A stretch of 64,000 nt of DNA from Mobula hypostoma. Its lineage: Eukaryota. This document shows, in pieces, positions 26,028-38,760 of the stretch. The notes beneath the pieces were generated by a model, which made no database searches, was not told the DNA's origin, and saw only the letters and a program-made list of their open reading frames with translations. The position numbers and the translations under genes were made by a program. The stretch is from the NCBI RefSeq assembly GCF_963921235.1, contig NC_086097.1, positions 179,306,001 to 179,370,000 on the forward strand, read 5' to 3'. The stretch's first letter is position 1. Every line of letters starts with the position of its first letter.

Positions 26028-28140
26028 CTATGAAGCGTAGATAAAAATTGATGAGGATAACAGGAGATATGCCAAATTTCTTTTGCCTCCTGAGGAAGTA
26101 GAAGCACTGATGAACTTTTTTGATTGGTTGGAGCAGAGCAGGCTATTGGTGATGTTCACTCCAAGGAATTTGAAACTTTTTGTGTGGGGCAAAAGCAGTA
26201 GAGAGTGAGCAGTATACATGGTAATTATAAATACAACAAAAAATGCAATGATAATCACAAAGCAGCCCACCTTAGTTTAAAATCCTGATTCTAAATCCCT
26301 CTGTTTCTTCCTTTCTGATTCTTTCCCCATAGAGCTCCCCAAACCTGCTGCATTCTTCCAAGTCCGGCACCTAGTAATTGCTGGATTTTAATTACAGCAA
26401 AGTCTCAATATTATGGCTCCTGGAAGGTTTCAGTGTCATCCCTTTCCTCTTTGAGGCCACGACTTTAAAGCTATCACTGATGCCAAGGTTTTGGTTAATT
26501 GCCCGAATGCCTCCATGTGTGACAGAGCAGTTGGTACCTGAGAGGTTCTATCCTGTTAAAAGCTACTACCTTTTGTTTTGAAGCTGAATTAAGTGAAGTG
26601 GCAGCACTACTGACAAGATCTCCATTTCACTTGCTATGTTACAGGACTGCCTCCTCGAGTTACGCAGAAGTTGAAGGACGTCTCCGAATCCTCGAGAATT
26701 GCGAGCGAGGCCCTATCTAACTGTATTGTGCTCATCGAAAAGCAAGAAGTGGTTGGTATTAGTTTTACTCCTCTTGGAAATAACAAAGGAAGTAATCTTG
26801 AGCAACACACACAAAATGCTGGAGGAACTCAGCTGATCAGGCAGCATCTATGGAGGCTTTTCTGCCCATTATTTTGATTCTGTAAAAGAGCTTTCCAATG
26901 TGTACAATACAGCCACAGAACAGAGAAACAGGCCCTTCAGCCCACCGATCCATGCTGGCTACAGCTTCCTCCACAGTAGTACCAATTGCCCAAGTTTAGG
27001 CAATGACTCTCCAAGTCCTTTACTCCATTTACCCACTTAAACACCCCTTAACAATTGTATCCACCTGCACCACTTCCTGTGGCAGCTCATTCCAGATACA
27101 CCCTATCCTCTGTACAAACAAGTTACCGCTCAGGTACCTTTTAAATCGTTCTCCTCCTATCTGAAATCTAGGGCTCTAATTTTAGTCTCCCTAACCCAGG
27201 GGAAAAGACTATGACTGTCCACCTTGTCCATACCCCTTGTGATTTTATAAACTTTACTGTAGAATCTGCAGAGGGTGTTGAAAAGATTTGCAAGGATTTT
27301 GCCAGACGAAAGGACTTGAATCACAAGGAAGGACTGGACAGGTTGGGACTGTTTTCCCTGTATCAGGAGGCTAAAGGACGACCTTGTAGAGATTTATAAA
27401 ATCATGTTGGGCATAGATAGATTAGATGGTCTAAAATCTATTATCTCATGGTATCTCAAGACCAATAGGGTGTAGGTTTAAGTTGAGAGGAAAGAGTTTT
27501 AAAGGGGATCTGAAGGTACAGATCCCTTTTAAACAGAGTGGTTGACATCTGGAACTCTCTGCCAGTGAAGGTGATGGAATCTGATATAATCTTTGCATTC
27601 AGCAGGGATTAGATGGGTACTTAAATAGGCAAGGTGTTGAAGTAGACTGTCCTAAAATGGGCAAATGAAATGCTCAATAGGGCAATAAGGTCAGCATTGA
27701 AATGATGGGCCAAAGGTCCTACCTCTGTGCTGTTCGACTCATGAGTTGATTGCCTTTTTGTTACCCTGCTATTGTCCATTTCATTCTTGCTGCCTCTGAG
27801 AAGAGGAGGGGAGGAAGGACTTGTGCCTACAAACCTTCTCACCTCCCTTTGGAATGTAGGAACTGCAGCCTCAGGTCATTGTACAGCCAGCTCCTGTGGT
27901 AGGTAACCTGTTTCAGGTAGATATGGGCCTCAGGACATTGAGAGGAAAGCCTCAAATCGTGCCAGATCTGTGTCGTATCCACCCAACAGACCAGAAGCAA
28001 CCACAGTTCAACTGCGTGCCCAAATAATAGCTATGACAGTGTGAACAACAGGAATTCTGCAGATGCTGGAAATTCAAGCAACATACATCAAAGTTGCTGG
28101 TGAACGCAGCAGGCCAGGCAGCATCTATAGGAAGAAGCGC

Positions 28141-28176
28141 AGTCGACGTTTCAGGCCGAGACCCTTCGTCAGGACT
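28141..28176 (-). ncRNA. Minimal type I hammerhead ribozyme motif
   Basis: Reverse complement reads AGTC CTGACGA AGG gtctcgg CCT GAAACGTC GACT. Confidence 0.8.
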
Positions 28177-29046
28177 AACTGAAGGAAGAGTGAGTAAGGG
28201 ATTTGAAAGCTGGAGGGGGAGGGGGAGATGCAAAATGATAGGAGAAGACAGGAGGGGGAGGGATGGAGCCGAGAGCTGGACAGGTGATAGGCAGAAGGGG
28301 ATACGAGAGGATCATGGGACAGGAGGTCCGGGAAGAAAGATGGGGGGGGGGTGACCCAGAGGATGGGCAAGAGGTATATTCAGAGGGACAGAGGGAGAAA
28401 AAGGAGAGTGAGAGAAAGAATGTGTGCATTAAAAAGAGTAACAGATGGGGTACGAGGGGGAGGTGGGGCCTAGCGGAAGTTAGAGAAGTCAATGTTCATG
28501 CCATCAGGTTGGAGGCTACCCATACGGAATATAAGGTGTTGTTCCTCCAACCTGAGTGTGGCTTCATCTTTACAGTAGAGGAGGCCGTGGATAGACATGT
28601 CAGAATGGGAATGGGATGTGGAATTAAAATGTGTGGCCACTGGGAGATCCTGCTTTCTCTGGCAGCTTCTAAAGTAGGTTACATGGTCGGCACAGCATTG
28701 TGAGCCGAAGGGCCTGTAATGTGCTGTAGATTTTTAGAAGTTCCGCTAGGCCCCACCTCCCCCTCGTACCCCATCTGTTACTCTTTTTAATGCACACATT
28801 CTTTCTCTCACTCTCCTTTTTCTCCCTCTGTCCCTCTGAATATACCTCTTGCCCATCCTCTGGGTCACCCCCCCCCCCCTTGTCTTTCTTCCCGGACCTC
28901 CTGTCCCATGATCCTCTCGTATCCCCTTCTGCCTATCACCTTTCCAGCTCTCGGCTCTATCCCTCCCCCTCCTGTCTTCTCCTATCATTTTGCATCTCCC
29001 CCTCCCCCTCCAGCTTTCAAATCCCTTACTCACTCTTCCTTCAGTT

Positions 29047-29082
29047 AGTCCTGACGAAGGGTCTCGGCCTGAAACGTCGACT
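29047..29082 (+). ncRNA. Minimal type I hammerhead ribozyme motif
   Basis: AGTC CTGACGA AGG gtctcgg CCT GAAACGTC GACT. Intact core, with stems I and II. Confidence 0.8.
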
Positions 29083-30044
29083 GTACCTCTTCCTATAGAT
29101 GCTGCCTGGCCTGCTGCGTTCACCAGCAACTTTGATGTATGTTGCTATGACAGTGTGGTTGCTTTGGAGTCTCACTGCTGGTAAGTCAGTATTGAATCCA
29201 ACAGAGGAGCAATATCTGGACAGTGGAAGACTTTCAACATGAGCCAATGTAAAGTTCTTGTCAGGAACTCTGTTTACATAATAAGTGTTTGGTAGAGGGT
29301 ACATGAAAATATTTTAATATTGGTGGCCAACCTGTGTTGTTCTCCTTAGACCATCGGAGGCCGAAGGGAGACCTGGTAGAGGTTTGTAAAATTTTGAGAG
29401 ACATTGACAGGGTAGAGGGTCAGAATCTCTTCTCCAGGGTAGAAATGTCAAACACAAGTGGACATGCATTTATGCAGAATGATGTGTGCCTGGAATGAGT
29501 TACCAGGGGTGGGGGTAGAAGCAGGCATTGTGGAGTTTGAGGCTTTTAGACAGATGCATGAATATGAAGAGAATGGAAGGATAGGGTTGACGGATGCACA
29601 GGCGAAGGACATTTAATATGAATTGGCATCAAGACTGGCTGAGTGGCCTGTCCAGTGCTGTACTGTTCTAATCTCACCTAAGCTGGTCCTTTTACCCATG
29701 TTTAGCCCAGTACTCTTAACCTTTCCTATACAGTACATGTACTTATACAAATGTCTTTTAAGTATTGTTGCATCTGAGTCAACCACTTCCTCTGGCAGGT
29801 CATTCCAAGTAGTGACCACAATGTGACCTCAAGTCCCTTTTAAATCTTGTTCCTCTCAACTTGACCTGCCTGCCCCTCCCCCCAGTTTTTGGATCGCTTT
29901 GCCTGAGGGAAAGACCGAGGGTAAATTCACATTCTTGATTTTGTACGCCTCCCTTTTGGGTGCAGTCTTCCATTGATTCTGTTATGGCTATTGGATTTAC
30001 TGAGTATGCCCACAAGAAAATGAATCTCAGGGTTGTATAGGGTC

Positions 30045-30880
30045 AGAATTTGAATCAGGTTTATTATCACCAGCATGGGTCATGAAATTTGTTAACTTAG
30101 CAGCAGCAGCAGTTCAATGCAATACATAATCTAGAAGAAAATAAATAAATCTATTACAGTATATGTTTATTGAATAGATATAAAATTGTGCAAAATAAGG
30201 AATTATATATATTTAAAAAAAAGTGAGGTAGTGTTCATGGGTTCAGTGTCCATTTAGGAATCAGATGGCAGAGGGGAAGAAGCTGTTCCTGAATCGCTGA
30301 GTGTGTGCCTTCAGGTTTCTGTATCTCCTACCTGATGGTAACAGTGAGAAAAGGGCATGCCCTGGGTGCTGGAGGTCCTTAATAATGCATCCTGCCTTTC
30401 TGAGACACTGCTCCTTGAAGATGTCCTGAGTACTTTGTAGGCTAGTGCCCAAGATGAAGCCAACTAAATTTACAACCCTCTGCAGCTTCTTTCAGTCCTG
30501 TGCTGTAGCCTCCCCCGCCCCCCCGTATACCAGACAGTGATGCAGCCTGTCAGAATGCTCTCCACGATACATCTATAAAAGTTTTTGAGTGTTTTGTTGA
30601 CGTACCAAATCTCTTCAAACTCCTAATGAAGTATAGTCGTTGTCTTGCTTTCTTGATAGCTGCATTGATATGTTGGGACCAGGTTAGGTGCTCAGAGATC
30701 TTGATACCCAGGAACTTGAAACTGCTCACTCTCTCCACTTCTGATCCCTCTATGAGGATTGGTATGTGTTCCTTTGTCTTACCCTTCCTGAAGTCCACAA
30801 TCAGCTCTTTCGTCTTACTGACATTGAGTGCCAGGTTGTTGCTATGACACCACGCCACTAGCTGATATATCTCACTCCTG
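30045..30880 (-). mobile_element. Rex1/Babar-like LINE 3' portion
   Basis: WCHSNNLALNVSKTKELIVDFRK...KARQRLYF and RNSFFPSAI motifs. Confidence 0.85.
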
Positions 30881-33800
30881 TATGTCCTGACTTTGATAAT
30901 AAATTTCCTTTGAGCTCTGAACTCTATAACATCACTTCTCAGCTTTGTATGTTCTAAGGAATAAAATCTCAATCTACCAAGCGGTGCCTATAACCCAGTC
31001 CCTTGAGTCCAGACGACATTGTCATAAGCTTCTTTGCACTCGTTCCAACTTAATGACATTCTATCCTTCCAGTAAAATGGCAGTGAACTTGGTGGCAGTG
31101 GCCTTTCTGGGCCCATCCAGTGGTGTAATAGTTCATCCTTTACGTCTTGCAAGACACTGCTGAATATGAGGAACACCAAGTACTGTCGGTCTACCTCGCT
31201 AGCAAGTTGCTGATATTGGTGGAGCACGGCACGGGCTTGTTGCGTACCGTGTTGCCTGCTAAATCCACCCAAAGAAAGAGACGGTGCACGGTCCAACAAA
31301 TGGTGTAAATGATTGTCTTGGATGTTTTTATTGTGATCACAAGACTCTTTTGGTCATTGGTAATGTGGAATACTGCAAGTCTGTTTCATTGGCGAGAATC
31401 TCGGGGGATCTGTGTGCCTTTCGTTTTTGTATGGACCAGGCCCTCAAGCCGCACCGTCGCCTGCTGCGGTTGCCCAGGGGAGGAGTTGTCAGAGACGGTG
31501 TGGGAGAGAGCAGAGGCAGGGTGGGTGTGCCGGAGCCCACACTGGGTTAGGGACTAACCCCTCTGGTCAGTGTTACTCTCCGGTGTTCGCTTGTTGGATT
31601 GCATTTGTCTGCGGTTGTGTGTGATGAGGAACAGCTGCGTACTTGTCCTTCTAGAAATGTAGCTCCTGGACAACATCCCATGCACCATCTTCAGGCCATG
31701 TCACCTGCAGACTTGGGGTACATTGTCATCTTTTGTGACAGTTTGTTTTTCTGCTGTCCTAACTGTATGTGCTGTGTGTGATGGTTGGTACTGTGTTTTG
31801 CACCTTGGCACAGGACGATAGCAGTTTTGTTTGGCTGTTTGCATGTGCAAGGTTGAATGACCATTAAACCTGAACGTGATTCTTCCTCTAGCAGTGTGAC
31901 TAAGACTCCAGGTGTGGCCTTACGAACTTCTTGTACAAGTGCAACATAATGTCCCAGGACAAAGGAGACCCCTTGATTGGTACCTCATCCTCTACCCTCA
32001 CAGTTGCTCATCTCCACCGTTCCCAGCTCAGTGCTGTGACTGATGAAGGCTAGAGTGCCAAAGATTTCCTTGGCTTGGTCTTCCTGTGATGCCACTTACA
32101 CTGAGGTCAGGAGTCCTTATCATTCAGTGGTTTTGTAACTGTAGGATAGAAGCTGGCCTTGAGACTGCCCATGTGCTCGATGGGAGGGGAGAGAAGAGAG
32201 CAGTTGTGGGGTGGCGTCTTTGATTATGCTGGCTGCTTTCCTGAGGCAGCAAGAAGTGCAGACAGAGTTGACAAAGGTGAGTCTGGCTTCCACGATGTTG
32301 GGGACTGTGTCTATAACTCCCTGCAGTTCCGCACAGTCTTTGGGCAGAACAGTTGCCATACCAAGCTATAGATGGGATGCTCTCCATGGTACAGCGATTA
32401 AAAATTAATGAGGGTCATGGGGACATGCTGAATTTCTTTAGCCTCCTGAGGAAGTAATGGTGTTTATGAGTTCTCTTTTGCTTTCTCGGTGCCCTTAAAT
32501 AATCTGTTGGACTGAGCACCTCATGCTCTCCCAGATGAGCTTTTAAAAAGGTCTCGGGACTGTTCTCAAGCTATGGCTCTCCCTGGTGTCCAAACTAGGT
32601 TTACTGTCAGTGAAATGTTGTTGAATCATGTTATCTTGACTGTTTATCACATTCCTGGTTGGGCTGTTTGCTGTGCAGTCGATAAGCTTGCTGTACACCC
32701 ATTGGTAGTTGTACTTTCATTGCAATGGGGATGATGGTTCAGTTGCAGTTCTTGTGCTTTGAAGAGTTTAGAGTTGTTCTGAAAGGGATGTGCAAGATAC
32801 TACAGCATTGCCAGTCTGCCAGCATCTTTGCTGAGAATATTTGGAGGTAAGCCTGAATTTATTTGTTACATCCCCCATGTTGCAGTAAGGATATTTTTGT
32901 GACAATATTGCTGTCAGCACATCTGTGAATTTGCATGCACGCCCATCCAATGTCAAAGAGCCTTACTGGTTTATCACCTTCATGTTCATTGCTGTCACTA
33001 CACAGCATTTATGTTATATTAATTATCAATATTTTGTACCGTTCTGCAGTTTTTGTTCGACTTCGGCAACCTTGCGATTCACAATAACATTGTTAATCAA
33101 GACTACTAATCAAGGCTGTTTATGCTTAACTTCCTCATAGAACAGATGAGTTAATGTCGAGTTTGGGGAAATGTCTGAGCTTCCTTGTAGAGGATATGAC
33201 AGTTTAACTTCTGTGGTTTGCAAATTTTTGTTGTAATCCTAGGTAGGAAGCCTTGTTAAAACAAAAGCTGCTTATTCTGTCCTCTCCTGAAGGTGAAGAG
33301 CTCTTGTTGATGTATAGATCTATGCCTGATCGTTCCCCACTGCCAGGTTGTTACTCGGGTGAGTTCTGCCACAAAGCTGATGGTTCTCTAGTGCTATCAA
33401 GTACCACAAGAGGGAAACAGGCCATTGGGCCCAACTCATCCATACTGACTATGGTGCCTGCCCAGCCACACTCATTTGTCTGTGCTTGGCCGATATTAAA
33501 TTTCAAAGTACAAAGTAACTATTATTAGAATCAGGTTTATTATCACCGGTATGTGACGTGAAATTTGTTAACTTAGCAACAGCAGTTCAATGCAATACAT
33601 AATCTAGCAGAGAGAAAAAAAATAAACAAGTAAATCAATTACATATATTGAATAGATTTTAAAAATGTGCAAAAACAGAAATACTGTATATTTGTTTTAA
33701 AAGTGCAGTAGTGTCCAAGGGTTCAATGTCCACTTAGGAATCGGATGGCAGCGGGGAAGGAGCTGTTCCTGAATCGCTGAGTGTGTACCTTCAGACTTCT

Positions 33801-34104
33801 GTACCTCCTACCTGATGGTATCAGGGCATGCCCTGGGTGCTGGAGGTCCTTAATAATGGGCGCTGCCTTTCTGAGACAATGCAAAGTACATTTATCAAAG
33901 AACACCATATACTACCTCGACATTCATTTTCTTGTGGGCATTCACAGTAAATAGAAGAAACGCCATAAAATCAATGAAAGTTCAAGTTTATTGTCATCTG
34001 ACTGTACATACAGTGTATGCAGCTAAACGAAACAATATTTCTCCAGATCATCGTGCACCCACACAACATATATCACACACAGCATATCAACCAAAATATA
34101 ACCA

Positions 34105-37100
34105 TTAGGCATAGGAGCAGAATTAGGCCATTAGGTCTGCTCCACCATTCCATCATGGCTGATCCCGGATCCCACTCAACCCCATCACTGCCTTCTCGCC
34201 AAATCATTTGATGCCCTGACCGATCAGAAAACTATCAATTCCCACCTTAAATATATCTACGGACTTGGCCTCCACACAGTTTGTGGCAGAGTATTCCACA
34301 GATTAACTGGTCCCTGGCTAAAAAAAAATCCTCCTTACCTCTGTTCTAAAAGGTCGCCCCTCAATTTTGAGGCTGTGCCTTTGAGTTCTGAATACGCCCA
34401 CCATAGGAAATACCCTCTCCATATCCACCTTGTCTAGTCCTTTCAATATTCTGTAAGTTTCAATAAGATCCCCCTGCATTCTTCTAAATTCTAGTGAATA
34501 GAGGCCAAAGCAGCCAAATGCTACTCGCATGTTAACTCCTTCATTCCCAGAATCATCCTTGTGAACCTCCTCTGGACTCTCTCCAATGACAACACATCCT
34601 TTCTGAGATATAGGGCTCAAACTGTTGACAATATTCCAAGTGTGGCCTGACTAGTGTCTTATAAAGGTTCAGCATCATCTCCTTGCTTTTATATTCTATT
34701 CCCCTTGAAATAAATGCCAACATTGTATTTGTCTTCCTTACCATAGACTCGACCTGTGAATTAATCTGTGAATCTTGCACAAGGGCTCACATCCCTCTGC
34801 ATCTCTGATGTTTGAATCTTCTCCCCATTGAGATAATAGTTTGCACTATTGTTCCTTTTACCAAAATGCATAATCATACATTTCCCAACACTGTATTCCG
34901 TCTGCCACTTTTTTGCTCATTCTTCCAATTTGTCTAAATCCTGCTGCAATCACATTGCTTCATCAGCACTACCTACCCCTGCACCTACCTTCGTATCATC
35001 GGCAAACTTTGGCCCAAAGCCATCAATTCCACGACCTAAATCACTGACAAACAATGTGTAAAGTAGCAGTCCCAATACTGACCCCTGAGGAACACCACTA
35101 GTCACTGGCAGCCAACCACAAAAGGCCCCCTTTATTCCCACTCGCTGACTGTCAGCCATTCCTCTATCCATGTCAGTATCTTTCCTGTAATGCCATAGAA
35201 TTTTATCTTGTTAAGCAGTCTCGTGTGGCACCTTATCAAATGCCCTCTGAGAATCCAAGTAAATGACATCCACTACCTCTCCTTTCTCCACCCTGCCTGT
35301 TACTTCCTCAAAGATCTCTAATGGATTTGTCAAGCAAGATTTCCCTTTACAGAAACCATGCTGACTTTGACTTACTTTATCATTAGTCTCCAAGTACTCC
35401 TAAACCTCATCCTTAATAATAGACTCCAACACTTCCCCAACCACTGAGGTTAGGCTATCTGGCCTATAATTTCCCTTCTTTTGTCTTCCTCCCTTAAAGA
35501 GTAGAGTGACATTTTCAGTGGACTTTAAGTCCTCCAGGACCATGCCAGAATCAAGTGATTCTTGAAAGATCATGACCAGTGCATCTTTACCTCTTCAGCA
35601 ACCTCTGTCAGGACTTTGGGATGTAGTCCATCTGGTCCAGGTATCCACCTTAAGACCATAAGACATAGGAGCAGAATTAGGCCACTTCCTCACCACCGAC
35701 TGTATCTGCAAGTTAATGTTCAGGGTGTACTGCACAAGGACTCCCAAGTCCCTTTGCATCTCAGATTTTTGGATTTTCTCTTCGTTTAGAAAAGAGTCTG
35801 CACATTTATTTCATCTACCAAAGTGCATGACCATACATTTTCCAACATTGTATTTCATTTGCCACTTTCTTGCCCATTCTCCGAATCTGTCTTAAGTCCT
35901 TCTGCAACCTACCTGTTTCCTCAACACTACCGGCCCCTCCACCAATCTTCTTATCATCTGCAAACTGGGCAACAAAGCCATCTATTCCATCATCTAAATC
36001 ATTGATATACAGCTGAAAAAGAAGCGTTCCCAACACCAACTCCTTTGGAACACCACTAGTCACTGGCAGCCAACCAGAAAAGGATCCTTTTATTCCCACT
36101 CGATGTCTCCTACCAATCGGCCAATGCTCTAACCATGCCAGTAACTCTCCTGTAATACCACGGGCTCTTATCTTGGTAAGCAGGCTCGTGTGTGTGTGTG
36201 TATGTCCTTGTCAAAGGCCTCCTGAAAGTCCAAATATATAGCATCCACAGTATCTCCTTTTATCTATCCTACTTGTAATCTCCTCAAAGAATTCCAACGG
36301 GTTTGTCAGGCAAGATTTTCCCGTAAGGGAACTATGCTGCTTTGTCTTATCTTGTCCTGTTTCACCAAGTACTCCTTAACCTCATCCTTAACAATTGACT
36401 CCAACATCTTCCCAACTACTGAGGTCAGGCCAACTCATCTATAATTTCCTTCCTGCTGCCTTCTTCCTTTCTTAAAGAGTTCAGTGACATTTGCAATTTT
36501 CCAGTCCTCTAGCACCATGCCAGAGTTCTATGATTTTTGAAAGATCATTACTAATGCCTCCACAATCTCTACCGCTGCCTCTTTCAGAACCCTAGGGTGC
36601 AGTTCATTTGGCCCAGTTGGCTTATGTACCCTTGGGTCTTTCATTTTCTTGAGCACCTGCTCCCTTGTAATAGTAACTGCTCTCCCCTCAAACCCTTCAA
36701 CGTGTGGCACACTGCTAGTGTCTTCCACAGTGAAAATTGATGCAAAATACTCATTTAGTTCATCTGCCATCTCCTTGTCCCCCATTATTATTTCTCTGGC
36801 CTCATTTTCTAGCAGTCCTATATCCACTCCCATCTCTCTTTTATTTTCTACATACTTGAAAAAGCTTTTACTATCCACTTCGATATTGTTTGCCAGCTTG
36901 CTTTCATATTTCATCTTTTCCCTCTTAATAATTCTTTTAGATAGATAGATATACTTTATTAATCCCGAGGGAAATTTGGTTTTGTTACAGCCGCACCAAC
37001 CAAGAATAGAGCGTAAGTATAGCAATACAAAGACCACCAACAATCAAACAACAAAATGCAAACTATGCCAGATGGAAAATAAGTCCAGGACCAGTCTATT

Positions 37101-38760
37101 GGCTCAGGGTGTCTGACCCTCCACGGGAGGAGCTGCACGTTCGATGGCCACAGGCAGGAACGACCTCCCGTGCCGCCCAGTGTTGTATCTCGGTGGAATG
37201 TGGCCGAAGTCCAACAGTAAAAAGTTCAATATCCGGTCTACAAACATGTTCCTCAATCGTAATATGCCCCGAATTGCACCATCTGTTGTTAACTAGATCA
37301 GTAAGCACCCAACTCCTTTACGCTTACCGCTCTCAGTGCATTTCCAGTCAACCGGAACGGTATTACCCATCAAACTCCTCTTCTCCATAAGTCTCAGTTG
37401 TCTCGACCCGGTCCTCTTTCCTCGACTTTGTGATCCCCCTCTGCATCCTCTGTGTGTTTTCCTCCGGATTTCAGCAGGGGTGTCCGCCGCTCTGCTCGCT
37501 AAACCGGCCGGCATTAGCGCAAACAGCTGGTCCCTGGAATACACAATGCGACCTTGCTTCTGTCCCGCGTGTCGGGATGTAACCATTTCCAGCGCTAAAA
37601 AAAAAACAAATAAAACTCTCTCTACCAGCATGTTAGAGAGGGTGCAGCTTTGATGTGTTACCGTGAGAAAAAAAATACAAAAAAATAATGAAAATTAAAA
37701 AGTAAGAAGAAGAAAGCAAGAATAGATCAGAACGGCTGTACCAGGCTACATGCACGACTGGCACATGCACACAAACTTTAGTTGCTGTCTGTAGGTTTTT
37801 AAAAGCTTCTCAGTCCTCTGACTTCACACTAATTTTTGCTTTGTTGTATGCCCTCTGTTTTGCTTTTATATTAGCTTTGACTTCCCTTGTCAGCCACGGT
37901 TGTTCTATTTTACCATTTGCGTATTCTTTTGATTTTGGAATACATCTGTCCTGCACCTTCCTCATTTTTTTTGCAGAAACTCATGCTATTTCTGCTCTGC
38001 TGTCATCCCTGCCAGAATCTCCTTCCAAATTACTTTAACCAACCCTTCTCTCATACCACTGTAATTTCCTTTACTGTACTGAAATACTGCTGTCAGACTT
38101 TCCTCTCTCTCTATCAGATTTTAATTTGAACTCAATCATATTGTGATCACGGCCTTCTACAGGTTCTTTTATCTTAAGCTTCCTAATCACCTCCAATTCA
38201 TTACATAGCACCCATTACATTACATTACATTACACCGCTGATCCTCAAGTAGGCTCAGTAACAAACTGTTCTGTAAAGCCATCTCATAGGCATTCTACAA
38301 ACTCACTCTCTTGAGATCCATTACCAGCCTGATTTTCCCAATCGATGTGCATGTTGAAATCTCCCATGACTATCATAACATTGCCCATTTGATATGCCTT
38401 TTCTATTTTCTGTTGTAATCTGTGGTCCACATCCCAGCTACTGTTAAGAGGCCTGCATATAACTGCCATCAGGGTCCTCTTAACCTTGTAGTTGCTGAAC
38501 TCAACCCACAAGGATTCAACACCTTCCGATCCTATGTCACATCTTTTTATTGATTTGATGCCATTCTTTACCAGCAAAGCAATATCACCCCTCTCTACCT
38601 TCCTATCCCTCTGATACAGTGAATAACCTTGGACATTCAGCTCCCAACAACAACCATCCTTCATCCATGATTTAGTGATGGCCACAACATCTTACCTGAC
38701 AATCTGTAAAGGTGCAACAAGATCATCCACCTTATTTCTTATAATCCGTGTTTTGAGACC
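34105..38760 (-). mobile_element. Stacked degenerate CR1 LINEs
   Basis: RT and EN motifs in many short minus-strand ORFs. Two CR1 3' tails, at ~34105 and ~35655. Confidence 0.9.
36941..37775 (-). mobile_element. Internally deleted non-autonomous Rex1/Babar-like element inserted in CR1
   Basis: 3' end (GGSDTLSQ*) matches the 25.5-kb element and is joined to a 5'-type segment (GRIVYSRDQL...). (atag)n tail. Host CR1 continues on both sides. Confidence 0.7.

Larger units (their letters stand above)
1543..26751 (+). pseudogene. Decayed exons resembling the C-terminal third of an MROH (maestro HEAT-like repeat) protein
   Basis: Mostly AG/GT-bounded islands: ~1543-1610 (APIWRSSFAD), 1886-1987 (PELYTVVASLMLSTVPAQSVCSYLMPWL), 3994-4091 (LCYLLLSVGVGWKIP), 14293-14342, 20765-20846 (KEVSNLLSLVGGPEFIK), 21959-21987, 24265-24341, 26333-26426 (ELPKPAAFF), 26645-26751 (TQKLKDVSESSRIASEALSN). 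Colinear with recalled MROH1 segments VMSTPAAGPAVLELYPQL, LLLRVSCTVGVQLP, EDVVQRMDLEGGWELLR, TAFL and QKDTCASVRRLVLRGLAN. TAA at the start of the 1886 exon and phase mismatches. Confidence 0.6.
28044..29143. mobile_element. Inverted pair of Penelope-like 3' ends, 14-bp TSD, inserted in an exon relic
   Basis: TSD gctatgacagtgtg at 28030-28043 and 29144-29157. About 400-bp near-identical inverted arms. The left arm extends into GIY-YIG C-terminal coding sequence. Confidence 0.9.

Noticed and set aside
20765..26751. Macro-domain resemblance (GGPEFIK, NVVHV, LSNC)
   Set aside because: No SIAFP-type motif follows, and the MROH reading explains many more exons in order.
28020..29180. PNNSYDSVVALES read as a methyltransferase motif or as MROH1 SLVALEA
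   Set aside because: Isolated match. Neighbouring segments fit the MROH N-terminal region better.
32039..32063. CTGATGA as a possible hammerhead (also ~63898)
   Set aside because: No GAAA core or stem I. It is the reverse strand of the CR1 LAFI coding motif.
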